Assembly: GCA_002189035.1 (NCBI GenBank) | Contig: CM007989.1 | Span: forward strand, 3,162,001-3,226,000 | Length of the DNA: 64,000 nucleotides | Reading direction: 5' to 3' | Source: Utricularia gibba | Taxonomy: Eukaryota > Plantae > Magnoliophyta | In this document: one piece after another, positions 11,291 to 27,024 of the stretch | Layout of the letters: each line of letters starts with the position of its first letter | How positions within the stretch are numbered: the stretch's first letter is position 1 | Made by a program: the position numbers and the translations under genes | The notes under the pieces: model-generated | What the model was told of the DNA's origin: nothing | Seen by the model: only the letters and a program-made list of their open reading frames with translations | Database searches by the model: none

Positions 11291-14097
11291 TCAAGGGCCG
11301 GCAAGTAAGTCTGTTTCTCCGGTATCCCTGCGGGGTGACCGCCGTCTCTCTGTAGTTTCAGCATCCACCGCAGCGCCTCCACGTGGAGAACTCTCCGGTG
11401 AGTCTCCAGGGCTCCCCAGTCTCCTTGACTGCTGTTGAGGTTTGTCTTTCTTCTTTGCTTTGTTGTGCCAACTCTTCAATGCCTTGGAAGTTTGCTCGTC
11501 GAAAATCGATTTTTTCATATGGGATCCCATCTAAAGAAAGACATTCAGACGAACAGAATGAGAACATCTGCATATGGAAAGACAGATCCAAAATGGCACT
11601 GTTTGAAGATGAGGTACCTGTGTAACAAGGGCATACAGTGGAAGTGTAATGTAACTGCACAATACTTGTATTCCTACCCTGTTGTCAAGCATTAGTAAAG
11701 CTTCTTAGCATAGGCCAAATACTAAAGCAATATGAGAAAATAGGCCTGGTGAACTTTACCCTATACAGATTCTTACAACAACCAGAGCAAAATTTCGATG
11801 GAAGCATGAATGGAGTCCGAATTCATACTGCAGATGTTAAGAAAAATGTTGTGGCTGTTTTGTTCATGCTTGCAAGGGAAAGAAACCCATCAGAAAGCTA
11901 TAAAGATCAGTACCCAGATCCACAGGAAGAATGTAATCTCGAAGGCATTCTGCAAATCATTGACAAGAAACGAAGTCAATGTGATTTCTGAAGCTGTTGA
12001 TTGGTAGGTAAATTAGTACAGCAGCAGCTGGACCTGAAAGAGAGTAAGATGGATGAGATGCAGAACCAATGTTGGCTTGCGAAACCAGAAGTGTTCATCC
12101 GAGACTTGAACGAGGGGAATCCCTTGGATCACAGCATGTTTTTCTTGGATTTCAATAGCCATTCGTGTTATGATTGATTGAAGCTTCGTCCCAACTGCTA
12201 GAATCAACTTTAACCAAGCACAACTAGTCAGGATTTCTACTGCGTTTTAACAACAGGGAAATTATTGCAGAGGAAGAAGGCCTCACAATTAGTGGAACCA
12301 CTGACAACCAAAACATTGCTACTCCATCTGAAAACATGAAGAAAACTCTAGTTTCAAACTGATGTTCATTACCTTTTAGGATTCACACATTTGTACAAGA
12401 AATATATAAGCATCACCTTTCACGTTTAGAAGTAGGTAGATCACTGTGACCATCCACAAATGAGGGCTGCAGTGATGAATATGTGCTATCACTTCAATCA
12501 AAAAAAAGAGAGGTATGCAGATGAACATCATCTTACGGAATTCCCACGACGACTTTGAAGTCATCTTCAAGAGATCTTTTGATGTACTTCTGGAAGTCGA
12601 ATTTAGTGTCACTTGACAAATGAACCTGCACCAAGCATGATTGTAGATGCATAAAAGGTTCGAGAGCGTTAACACTTCGTGAAAGTACTCACCGAGACAA
12701 ATCCATGCCTTAGTGTCAAGTAGTCAGCCCTCTGTACTGAATATAAGATATGTCTGAAGAAGGAGGCCTTCACAGGTGCTAGTTAAACAAGTGAAACAGA
12801 GATACTTGTGCAAATAATGAATGAAATTGTAAAGCATGGTCATGTTCCTTACTATGTAGAAGACAACAGGATTCTGCATCCATGAACTTGAGTGGCTTCT
12901 CACAAAGGAGGTCTCATGTGTGAGCCTGAATCTTGATGGATCTGTTAAGAGAAGCTTGTCATTCTTTCTAGTTCCGAGGATCTATGCCAAGATTGCCTCA
13001 CCATTTGTAGCCTCATTATCTTGGACAATCTGTCTCTCCCATTCTTTCCATCCTCGAATCTACACGTTGGAATCAAATGGCACACCTGACTAAGCAGTCT
13101 AAAAAAAGGTGTTCGAAATATCGTAAGAGATGCTTACTTTCAACCTCCCAAGAGTCATTGTTAAAGCACCGTAGAAGACATGAAATACAGCCAAAAAGAA
13201 AATGAAGATGTGGAGTTGATGAAGACCATGCAGAGATATAAGAGGCTCGAACCCCTGTTGCTCAAAGATCAAGATCAAAATGGGTTATATTAACTACTAC
13301 ATAGCACACGAAACACAGTCGCTACTTGATTCTTATTGCTGCAATGTAAGAAACTATCTTGCCTCCTTGCAGCTGAAGGCTGAATCAGGACTAGATAATA
13401 TGCGTCGTGCCTGCAGCATCAGCAGCAGCCTATGGTGTGGCTCAGTGCCATGTTCTTCTCCCGCACCATGACCAGTTTCATGGCCTGCTCCATGACCAGA
13501 TTCATGGCCTGTTCCATGACCAGCATCATGGCCAGCACCATGAGAATCTTCAAAAAAATCACATGGAAGCATAGTATTGGCTATATCCTCAGGGATGCAG
13601 ATTCGGGCAATGTAGTTCTGTCCAAAAGTCAGAAGTAATGAAATGAAACCCAGAACCATCAACTCTACAAAAACAGAAAACAAGCAAAAGTCAGCACAAC
13701 AAAGAGTTTGGAGCAACTCAAAGAATAACTAATACACACGATTCATGCATACCTCCTTTTATTTTCTCAAGAGCTTCGACCAGAGAAAACTTCTTTCTCC
13801 TATGAAACGTCTGATAATTAAACACAACAAAGTCAAAAATGACATCGAATCATAAGACAAAGATCTTGATCTGAAACTGATACTTTGATCATTTCAGGGA
13901 GAAAAAGGGGAATAGAGTTAGCAATAAAACGGCAACAAACACTAGGAAACTGCACTAATCTGAGATACCTCGCCAACTTTATGAAGAGTCTTTTCCAGTA
14001 ATATAGAAATCACAATGATGACTGCACAGACCAGTGCCACGGCCCATGTTGCTGTGTGATTCAGCTCTCTCGACCCTGTCTCTCCTCTCCCAGACAT
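11291..14097 (-). CDS. MLO: MLO seven-transmembrane protein (clade III, MLO7/8/10-like), about 15 exons
   Basis: [109 protein letters not shown], and calmodulin-binding [12 protein letters not shown]. One GC-AG intron (13255-13362). Confidence 0.95.
13459..13542 (-). repeat. Seven 12-nt tandem units encoding (H-x-x-G)7 inside an MLO exon
   Basis: Minus strand CATGGTGCTGGC CATGATGCTGGT CATGGAACAGGC CATGAATCTGGT CATGGAGCAGGC CATGAAACTGGT CATGGTGCGGGA = [28 protein letters not shown]. Confidence 0.92.
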
Positions 14098-14299
14098 CTC
14101 AGAAAAGTGTAGAGTCAAAAAACAAACGGCAATCTACGGTTCGACATACAATGCAGCAGTATCTGTCTCCGTTTTGGAGAATAGGGAGATTTTGTGCTTT
14201 GTTTGTGTGTGAGCGTTAGTTAGAAGATGAGTGAATAACTTTGTTTCTCTTCACGTTTTCGATGTTATGTGCAGACTAGATTAGTGCGAAAACAAAGGA

Positions 14300-15191
14300 G
14301 AGGCTGATCTGTTTCCCTATTTTGAGTAACATGGAGAATGGAGATGATGAAGATCAAATGAGAATTCAAGATCAGAAGACATGTCTTAGAGTCCAAGGAT
14401 TGTGAGCAAACACACGAAGGTAAGCACGAGGCCACTAACCAACATGGCATTTTCTCACAAACTTAAAGCTATAAGTTCATCCAAATGCTCGAAGTTTATT
14501 GCACTACCCTCATATTGGGTATGAACCATCAGGTTCATGAAATAGTCCGAAAACCTGTATACACAGCGCAGAAAGTTAGTGAAGCTATGTATGATGATCA
14601 AACAGGGGCGGGGAGGAAGAAACCAAATTGCCAGAATTGGCATGGCGGGCTTGAACTGAGACACAAGCTGCACTCCGGATCACACAAACGATTCCACAAA
14701 TCAAGAGCTTTTAACCATGATCGTCATCATCTTGCTCTGCATTAGTCTTCTAAACGACAATGATCGTCACCATCATACGTCATTGACAGTAGGCATTTTT
14801 ATTCGAAATGAGGCACCACCGAGTTGTAGTTCATAAAACACTCCAGTTTCATCAAGGAGTATCCCATGGCCTGGGCTCAGGAACAGCTACCACCGTACCC
14901 TGGCTGCAATTCATGGTTCAAAATCACCTGACATCCGAGCCTCGCGTGCTTTTTCAGCTGCCGTTCCCGAGGGCAGCACATACTTCTCCAGTCACTCCTC
15001 GACGTGCACCTCGCACTCGACCGAGCAAGCTTCTATATCGGTCCGATGGCGAAATGGGTCACAGCTCGATCAGTGACTTTTGCGGAGGTCGAGGAGGCGG
15101 AATAGAGGCATGTCACAACCCACGAAGTCAGAGAAAGTGTAGGAGATATCGAAATAATAGGGACGAGTGTTTCAATTGCAAAGATCGCCAT
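14300..15191 (-). pseudogene. Possible degenerate gene relic (weakly PPR-like)
   Basis: ATG at 15191 opens a transit-peptide-like MAIFAIETLVPIISISPTLSLTS, followed by stop-ridden coding-like segments (LEKYVLPSGTAAEKAREARM, ALDLWNRLCD). No continuous frame. Confidence 0.25.
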
Positions 15192-15543
15192 TGCTCTCGC
15201 TTCCACTGGTTCAGACCCGCCGCGCCCTAGCAGAAAATTTCAACTTCTACCCGTCACCCTTCCGATTCTCGAGCTATCCAAATGATTTGAGCTAGAATGG
15301 TTGGGGTATGCAGTTTGCGATCTCAGTCACTATATGACAGTGTATTAACCGATCGACTTATCAAAGAAGTATCGAAAACGGCTATTGATCATCAGGTGCT
15401 GTGGAAAATGCAGAATGCGAACATCCAGGATAATGCATCCTAAAGTTAAGCCGGAGACTGAAAAGCATTTGAATGAAGCTCCTGATTCAATACAGAAACA
15501 AGAAAATTCCAAACAAGAGTTAAAACACAAGCTGCAATGCAGC

Positions 15544-16262
15544 TTACTCGTCTTCCTGGCTGCGTAACCTGGCCAACTTGTTGGTGACGACGATGTCGAG
15601 TTGAGCAGCGCGTTCCACAATGTCCTTTCGTTTCTTGGTGGAGATATTATGAGCAATCTCGGCACAGTATGTCCTGAGATACAGAGGAAACAAGTCAGGG
15701 AATACCGCCTTTGAGCTGATATATGTAGTGGATGAGCTACTACCTGTTGTGCATCATCAGAACCTCCAACTCCTTCACATTGTGGACAACGAACTTCTTA
15801 AATCCATTAGGCAGGTAATGGCGAGTCTTCTTGTCTGACCCATAGCCAATATTCGGCATCAAGGTACATCCTTTGAACTTTCTCCTAACACGGGAATCGA
15901 TACCCTTTGGCCTGCGCCAGTTTGGCTGCGAAATGACTCGGTGTTACATAAAAATCATAAGCTAGCAAGCAGTCATCGTTGAGTTACATCCAAAACATTG
16001 AAATCTAGTTCGTTTTCAGGTAGAGAAATCCCAAATAAATGATATATTATACTTTTAATCGTGCAACACCGCACATAAGCATTAAAAAAATGCACTTATC
16101 TCATACACTAAGGGCATATAAACTCGTGGTGAGTGCTGAACTGAATATTGAAAGCATTATTGAGCATCAAACCTTCACAGAAACAAATCTATCACTTTGG
16201 TGCCTCTTGAACTTCTTTACCCGCTTCTTCACAATCTTTTTGGTCAGCAATGGAACAGCCAT
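15544..16262 (-). CDS. RPL32: 60S ribosomal protein L32 (eL32), copy 2, 133 aa
   Basis: Exons 16262-16173, 15925-15744, 15673-15544. Same intron positions as copy 1. The protein differs only by V to I in AHN(V/I)STKK. Confidence 0.97.
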
Positions 16263-16816
16263 TGTTTCTGCATGTGAAATAGAATCAATCAGGATGCAAT
16301 TCACGCACATTATAGTAAATCACAGAAAAACAAATCAGGAACTACACCACCCCAGAGCCCAAAATCACACAATATGCCTAACAGATACACAGCCTAGATC
16401 CTCTGCAAGAATAATAACAATTTTTCATAATCGGCTCATCCCAGCACGCACCAGAAAAACTAGACAATCAAAAATCGATACAACATTGTAAATCAAGATT
16501 AAGTTTTTCGAATTGCCGATTCCAAAACTGAATCAAACGAACCACATTACACAACGTTGCTCACCTCCAGGCAGCGGCGGAGACAATGACGAGCCACAAT
16601 ATGAATTAGGTTTCCGTAGTGTTTTATATAACTATTTGGGCCGCATTCTATTAACCCAACTTTGAAAGGGGTCCAGCTCGGAATGTTTTAGTGGAGGACT
16701 GCAGCCTTTCTGTCCAGCCCAGCAATTTTTTCCTCATTATTTTTAATAATTTATGCTACTTTTATTTAAAGTTTAAACCATTTGTAAGAAAATATTATTA
16801 AATTAACACCGCCGAT

Positions 16817-17457
16817 TCAGTGCAAGAACGCGTAAACAGAGGTCGAAATGTAAACGACGAGGGCCGACGAAACCAGAGACACAAGCGCGGTGACGGCGCG
16901 TGCGGCAGACTTGCTTCCACAAGAAAGCATTCCCAGCCTGATTTCTATAACATTCACCATCGACAGCATCAGAAACAAGCAGCCCATCACGGATCCAACA
17001 GCGGAAGCCAACATTCCGAATCTGAGAACCTTGAGATTAATGTGGGCTCTAAAGACTTCATCCACATCCTTGCTATTGATCAAATTGATCGCCAGTTTGA
17101 GACCTTGCGCCACCAAGGAAGAGAACAGGAAGAAGCTGAAGGAGACGACCTCAAAGACGATAAGCTTCTTGGCGATATCGACGCCCGCGTCGCAGGCGGA
17201 GGGGTTTTCGAGGCTGTGTTGCCCCGGAGTCGCGATTGAGAGGCCTACGAAGACGGCGACTGTGAATAGCGAGTTAACGTTCACGATCCCGTCGAGAGCG
17301 GTGACGTGGACGCTAGTAGTGCCGGAGGAAATCCTCTGCGACCGCGGCACATAGGGATCCTTCGGAATGCCATCCAGACTGCCGAACAAAACCCCAAATC
17401 AACAGCCAAAAGACAAAAAAGATGAACAAGTTCGTTAGAATCTTACTCTTCCATCAT
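16817..17457 (-). CDS. MEE60-like four-transmembrane protein
   Basis: Micro-exon 17457-17447 (ATG ATG GAA GA|GT) splices to 17378-16817. SVHVTALDGIVNVNSLFTVAVFVGLS, CDAGVDIAKKLIVFEVVSFSFFLFSSLVAQGLKLAINL. Confidence 0.85.
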
Positions 17458-19632
17458 CGTTTTTCAGGCAAGGGCTCCTCCACAGTTCAGTCCCTCGGCG
17501 GCCGAAGCAGTGACTGCTCCCTCCAAACTCTTGCTTTAGCTTTATTCGTTTCCTTTTTCTACTTAAAAAAATAGAATTGGGCCTACAGATTTCTTCGGAG
17601 CCTACGTCCGTAGACTATGGGCCTGTCGTATAATTTGAAATTATGTTTCGAAGTATGTATAAAATTTAATATATTACATTAATGTATAATTTAATATTAG
17701 GATATAAATGTATTTTTAGAGTAGATAAAAAGTGAATAGTATAATTTTTCTATTTGCTCTCTTAATTAATCGGTGAAAAAGATATTCAATAATCTAATTT
17801 TTGATTTACTATAAAACGATTGAAGATTAGAATATTTAAAAATTAAATATACTCATTTCATGAAATTATTAATATAAAACAGTATCTATCATTGATCTAT
17901 CCTATTGAAAAAATTAAAATTTAAATAATTATTTTATTTTTTTAATAATACTTGTATAATATATTGAATTCGACTTATTAGGTAAACCGAAAAATTGGTT
18001 CACAGATTTTAAAACATTACTGTACGGTAATGTAATGGTAGTGATTATTTTCCTTTTTTAATATAATTAAATACTATAATATACATAATTTATTTAAATA
18101 TATCATGAAATTTGGAATTGGACCTAAGAATCCAAAAGGTGAGATGAAAAATAAAAAAATACCCGTGTCGGTGGAAATTGAAGTATTTTTTTTGTCAGAA
18201 TCTTCTCAATTCATCATTTAAATATTATTCCAAATTCTAAATAATATTTAATAAATATATGTTTAAATTAGATATTTATTCCACGGGTTATTTCCTTATT
18301 TATCTTTGTTTGTCCCATTTGTGTTTGGGATATAATTAGAATAGGACACAAATATCCCATTTTGATTCTACGTACTTTTGATATAGGTTTTGGATAGTAT
18401 TCATGTTGTGGTAATGGGAGGATTAGGCAATATTAATAAAAGTAATTAAAAAAATATTATTTTTCATCATCGTTGGGAATGAATCATCTTGACCTTTTGG
18501 AAACCACATGAAACAACATTAGAGTAAACGGCAGCCTCGCTGGGAACTCCAGCTGTGTGTGTCTAGCGTCTACTCACAATGTCCTCCATTTCCTTTAGAT
18601 TTTTCATGTGGGTCTTCGTTGCTGTACAATCACCCTGAATAATTGCGTTATTCGGTTATCTTCCAAGGCGCTGAGGAGGCCCCTATGCTATGTGCACATG
18701 TGTAGGTAGATCTGAAAGGAAAGGATAGCATTACTACTTCCGGTGCTTTGTGCTTTGCTTTGACTGGATCAGACTTGTTCAATCCATTGTTTTTTTGTTT
18801 TCAGTTTTCCCTACGCCTGTATGCTGTCAAGTTTTGGGCTTTCTGTTGATTAAGATATTTGATGTAACTTTATGTTGGTATACGGTGTGGCGAGAGGCTG
18901 GGTGTTGGGGAGCTGTCGAGTTTGGGTTTTGTGGAATTAGGGAATTGGGTGTGTGCTTGTCTTTGTTACGTGTTAGTGATTTTTTTTTTTTTTTTTTGAA
19001 AAGGGAACGCATTATTCCGTGGCGTATGGGGGAAGTTGGAGAATCGTTGGGACTCTCAAGAGTTTTTGACTCGTAGTTGAATCTTTGCTGAGGGTACATC
19101 GAGAATCCCCTTTAATGACTTTTCGCCTCTTTGTCTATTTGATTCGTTGGTTGTGTCAAATGGGCCACTTTATGTTTCTTTACGTCTGAGAATCTAGAAC
19201 TTTTCGGTTCAAAATTTTTGTCTCTGGCTGTATTCTGAGCGGTTATGTGTTTCTACATAATGGTAACTCGGGCAAACAAATTCATTCTTGATATAACGGT
19301 GCTGGTGCAAAAGGGTCTCTGACAAAAATGGATTTTTTGCTTGACTTCCACATTTGTATTATAATCAAGTTTTTGAATTAGTGGACAATGCATCATAGAA
19401 AAGATCTTCTCCTGTGGTTTCTTTTTGAAAATATTTGATTTCTAAACATTTGTGTAAACGCAAGGCGCTATATATGTTGAAGCATTTTAAGATGGGCGTT
19501 TTGTTTATGTTGGAAAAGCGCCTTTTCTGAGTCTAGTTTTGTTACTCAAATTCAGGTGGATAGCTTTCGTGAGGAGGAAGCAGCAGCTACTTAGCAAAGA
19601 ATAATTGTTAGACACGAACATTCTTTGCTGGA

Positions 19633-22667
<3,035 letters not shown>

Positions 22668-23499
22668 CAGGTCTCATTCGAACAGCAGCGTTCCTGCTTA
22701 ATTTGAAGGGTTTTTGGATGGGATTTAGGAGTAATACAAAGCTCTCTGAGAGACAAGCAAAAAGTGGTTTACTATGGTGATTCATTGTGGTTTAAATGCT
22801 TATTCTTTTTGGGTGTGGGAAAAAGGGGGGCTTGTTTTCTTGGCTTTCTCGTCTCTTGTTGTTCAAACAAAAGCTGATTAGCCATTGCCCATTGCCATGC
22901 TATTGCGAAAACAAGTCCAAGGGTGTTCCATGCTATGCCACAGTTGCTGTATGTATTGAGTTTTTGTATAGTGTTTTTCTCATCTGCAACCACTCCGGGG
23001 GTTTTCTGTTTATTTGTGTAGGATAAGTTGCTCAACCAGCCGAGTTTCCCCTTCGTGGCATTGGGCAACTTCAAGAAAAACTGTGATGCATCTCCTATCC
23101 CATCTCATGACTTTGAGTTTGGGGCATTATGAAAAGAGCCATAGCGTATGCTTTCCCATTGCTCTAAGTCTAACTTGTGGTGGAAATACTCTAGACTACA
23201 TAAATACAAAATGGAACATGCATTCCCTTTGGATTATGCATTTAACAAAGTATGTCTGCCATGGCTACATCAGAACAAGCTCCTTGAAAAACAAGCAAAA
23301 ACAAGGGTTGTGCTAGTGGATGTGGCCCAAACTAAATAGCATAACATAATCTATGATGCAAAATGTTGGAGATCAAGGGCACCAACAGCAACTTTACAAA
23401 TCTCACAGTATCCTTGTATGTCCGTGAATGATCAACTTTCATGCCCCCTGGTTAGCTGCCTTCTAACTAGCAATCCAGTAAATCGGAGATGGCATTGCA

Positions 23500-25796
23500 T
23501 TAAATACCGACAACTTCAGGATATGCAGCTTGAAAACATGCTGATGAATGAGAAACCAATGTTGTTTTTAAGAGGAAAAGTTGTTGAGAAGTATTAATAA
23601 GCAGAATGGGATCCTAAGCTCAAAACGAAAAGAAAAGACAAGAGTCGAAGTTACTAACCTTTCCAAGCATCAAAATTTTTCTGGTTGACAGGGGTACCAG
23701 TTGAATTTTGAATTGCTTCAAAAAGCTTGTCTGTTGGAGTGTTCTTCAGTTCCTGAACGACAGCGTAAATGGTTTTTCCGTTTTCAAAGTAAATATGGTT
23801 GTTTGGATGTTTGGTCTTGCAACCGGCATGGCACTCGAACTCATAAGCAGTCACAACCTGGAGGAAAAACTTGAGTCTTTAAAGCAGGGGATGAATCTAA
23901 GACAACGGAACCTCACATGAGATACTGAATCTAAGACCTTGGAAATCTTGCATCCCTCACAGCTACAAAGATAACCAGACCCTTTAATGACGCCACGCAG
24001 ATTTTTCTGCAACAGCTCATAACATCTTAACCTTCAGAAAGAATGTATAAGTACGGTGGTTTTCAGTTTACTTTACCTCTCTTGACCAAGAAATGTATTT
24101 TACCGGAACACCATCCAGAATGCCAGTGGATAATAAACTTTTCACATTTGTGGGGAAGGGGCCGGATTGTCCTTTTTTGGACCTTAGGTGCATAGTGATT
24201 TGGGCACCATCAGCACCAGGTGTTGCTGCAGTTCCTGTTAGCTGCTCTGACGAATCTTTCCATCTCAATAAGCATCCAGATGAAAGGCTTGATGAAACCC
24301 CGTCACTTGCCAAATGCGTCTCAGAGTATTTCGTCTCTTCAAGTTTACAAGGAAAATCTCCGTAGGGTGTTTTTTGTGGCTTCTCCAGAGTTTCCAGACA
24401 TGATGAGATTTTATCTTGCTTGTACAGAGCTCCAACTGAAGCAATAATAGCATTATTTGGATCTCGAAGAGCACTCTCTGTGATGCCCCCCTTACTAGAG
24501 TTACACAGACTGGACATGAATGTTTCATTTAGTTTACTGAAGACAGGATCCACGCTGAAAATGTTATCAGAGGCAGTTACAAGTGACATGTAATCTTTGT
24601 CATACTGCACAACTGAGCTGTGTGAGTTGCCTGATCTGCTGCTCGAGGCCCGAACAATGGAGAGCATATCCTTATCCACATCATTATAATACGGATTTGC
24701 AAGCACGAAGTTGCCATATATGTTACCTGAGTCATGCTCAAATTGGATAGAACTCTTATCATCTATCTTGGTGAATGTAGGATCCACAGAATCTGCACCA
24801 TGAGCAGAGCTGTAAAATAATCTTGAAGGCAATTTATCAGCACTACACTGTAAGGCAGAACTGATTAGTTCATCTCCAATATAGCGCGAGCTCCTTGAAA
24901 AATCAGGCAAGTAGTTTTCGAAGATATTCAACCCATCGGGCTTAGCTTTCCCAAAACCAGCGCTATGAAATGAAAGATCCTCCTCCCCTGGCTGTGATCT
25001 TGGAAAATGAATAGGCAAACCATGGGCGAACTGGTTCCTTAGACACTTACTTTCCACATCGACAGCTGCGGATCGTATGGAAGGTTCACCCTTGTCAAGA
25101 ACATCAGAATGCTGGAGGAAACTGCAGAAATTTCGTTGGCTGCCATAATAGGAGCCCAAAGGATCACGACATAAAGCATTAGTTCTCACTACAGGGCCGC
25201 AAACTCCGTTCACGAAATCTACTGCTTGTTTCTTGTTAACCATTGAATTTTGCACGGAAGTATCCATCGACCACTGATGCCCACGCTTCAGCTGAGTTTT
25301 CAGTAATGCGTCAATGGTAGTCTCTTCGTTGGCCAAAGAACCAGGTGCATCAGGCAACCACATGTTCTTCGGGAAAGGCTGCATGAAGCAATGACTTGAC
25401 AAAAAGGGTAGTGGCAAAAGATCAAGGCATGCACCAAAGCTAAGTCCTAAGGTGAAACTTTTCCACAAATGGCTACCAGTCTAACTAATTAATGACCAAA
25501 AAAAATCTTTTTTTTCGTTTTCGATACATGCAGCGAAGCTAAACCCAGCAAAATGTTTCAAGGACTACATCCTGAACTAACAAAAATCAAAGAAACCACT
25601 TTTACCATTCTATACGCTGTCAAAGTTAATGACAAAGAGCGAATATTTTTACATAAACATGGAAGGCAAAAATGATACCTCCACACACATTGTGTACCAG
25701 AAATGAATTTAATCCAAAATAACAGCGGAACCTTTACCATTTTCTGAAAGCTCCACCGGCTCACATCTTGAATAAGAACTCAAGCAAGTTTACCAT
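23500..25796 (-). CDS. TDBD (Tify-domain-binding domain) protein, At5g13660-like
   Basis: ATG|GTAAAC at 25796 splices to PFPKNMWLPDAPG. C-terminal FPTNVKSLLSTGILDGVPVKYISWSRE-KNLRGVIKGSGYLCSC-VVTAYEFECHAGCKTKHPNNHIYFENGKTIY. The terminal exon AAYPEVVGI* is inferred. Confidence 0.8.
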
Positions 25797-26943
25797 CAGC
25801 CAACTCTGCAAGTTCAAAACTCGGGATGATTAAAACAAAATCATCACAATCGTAAACACAAGAAAACCCATATTAAAGTAAATGTAAGTCCTTGCGGCAC
25901 AAAGAAACAATGCGCCACCCTCCGCCATCCAGAAACCCGAACGTACTTCCACATATAAACAAAACGACATGCATTTCCAGCAATCGGAAACAAATTCCGT
26001 ACATGCACGCAACAAAACAAAGATGCGAAATGCCAAAAACAATGAACGGAAACTTACCATGTCACACAAAAAAAAATGAAGCAGAAAATCAGTGAATCCG
26101 AATCGCCCTTGAAATAGAAGGATTAATGCTTTTGGCGTGAAAGCGGACGCGATGAGGGTGGATTCCGATACGGCGAAAAAAGAAGAGGACGAGAGGCTGA
26201 CGTTTTCCAAGCTGCAAAGAAGAGAGAAGCTGTCAGTCATTACAAGCACGCGGAAAATCAGAGGTTTTTGAACTGGAGACGATGGTGCGGCGCGGGTGCA
26301 GGGGTCCACGTGGCAAGACGGAGAAATGACGGTGAGAGATCTGTCCACGACAACGCGAACGTCGATTACTATAATTTCCTGTAAAAATAAATATGTTTTG
26401 AAATGATTGTGTACATTCATTTTCACTTTGGAATGGAAAATGAGCAAAATAAAATACGAATAATTATTAAAATAATTCATGCATAAATTATAAAGAATTA
26501 AATAATTTTCATTTTCATTCTCATTATGTAAAAATTAAAATGAAATTTTATGATAAAGTTTTCTAGATGATGAACATTAAAAAGTATTTGATAATATATT
26601 ATAAAAAGATTTATATTCAATAAACTTATATATAAATTATTGTTTAATTAACTTACATATGTTTACTAGTTAGCTATACTAATCATATATTTATTTTTTA
26701 AACATGTAAATGATATGTACAAATAGAATAAAAGATTAATTATACCTATACTAATCACATATTCATATTAATACTCTGCCATCAAATGACCTTTAAATAT
26801 TCTTTACGTATGTAAAATTGAGAAGCAATTTGTTCGCGATTCAAATGCAATTTTTCACACACTGGTAACCATGATTAAACATTGGGTTGAGTTTACCCCT
26901 TTCTTGGTTTGGTTTACCATAGAAAAGAGACAGTGGCATGAGA

Positions 26944-27020
26944 GGAAGTTTGCAGGCAGCATGATAACACGGAAGATTGCAGGCAGCATGATCACACGGA
27001 AGATTGCAGGCAGCATGATC
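26944..27020. repeat. 27-nt tandem repeat x3 in the 3' UTR of C2/ERG copy A
   Basis: GGAAGTTTGCAGGCAGCATGATAACAC / GGAAGATTGCAGGCAGCATGATCACAC / GGAAGATTGCAGGCAGCATGATC, starting a few nt after the minus-strand stop at 27025. Confidence 0.93.
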
Positions 27021-27024
27021 AAGT

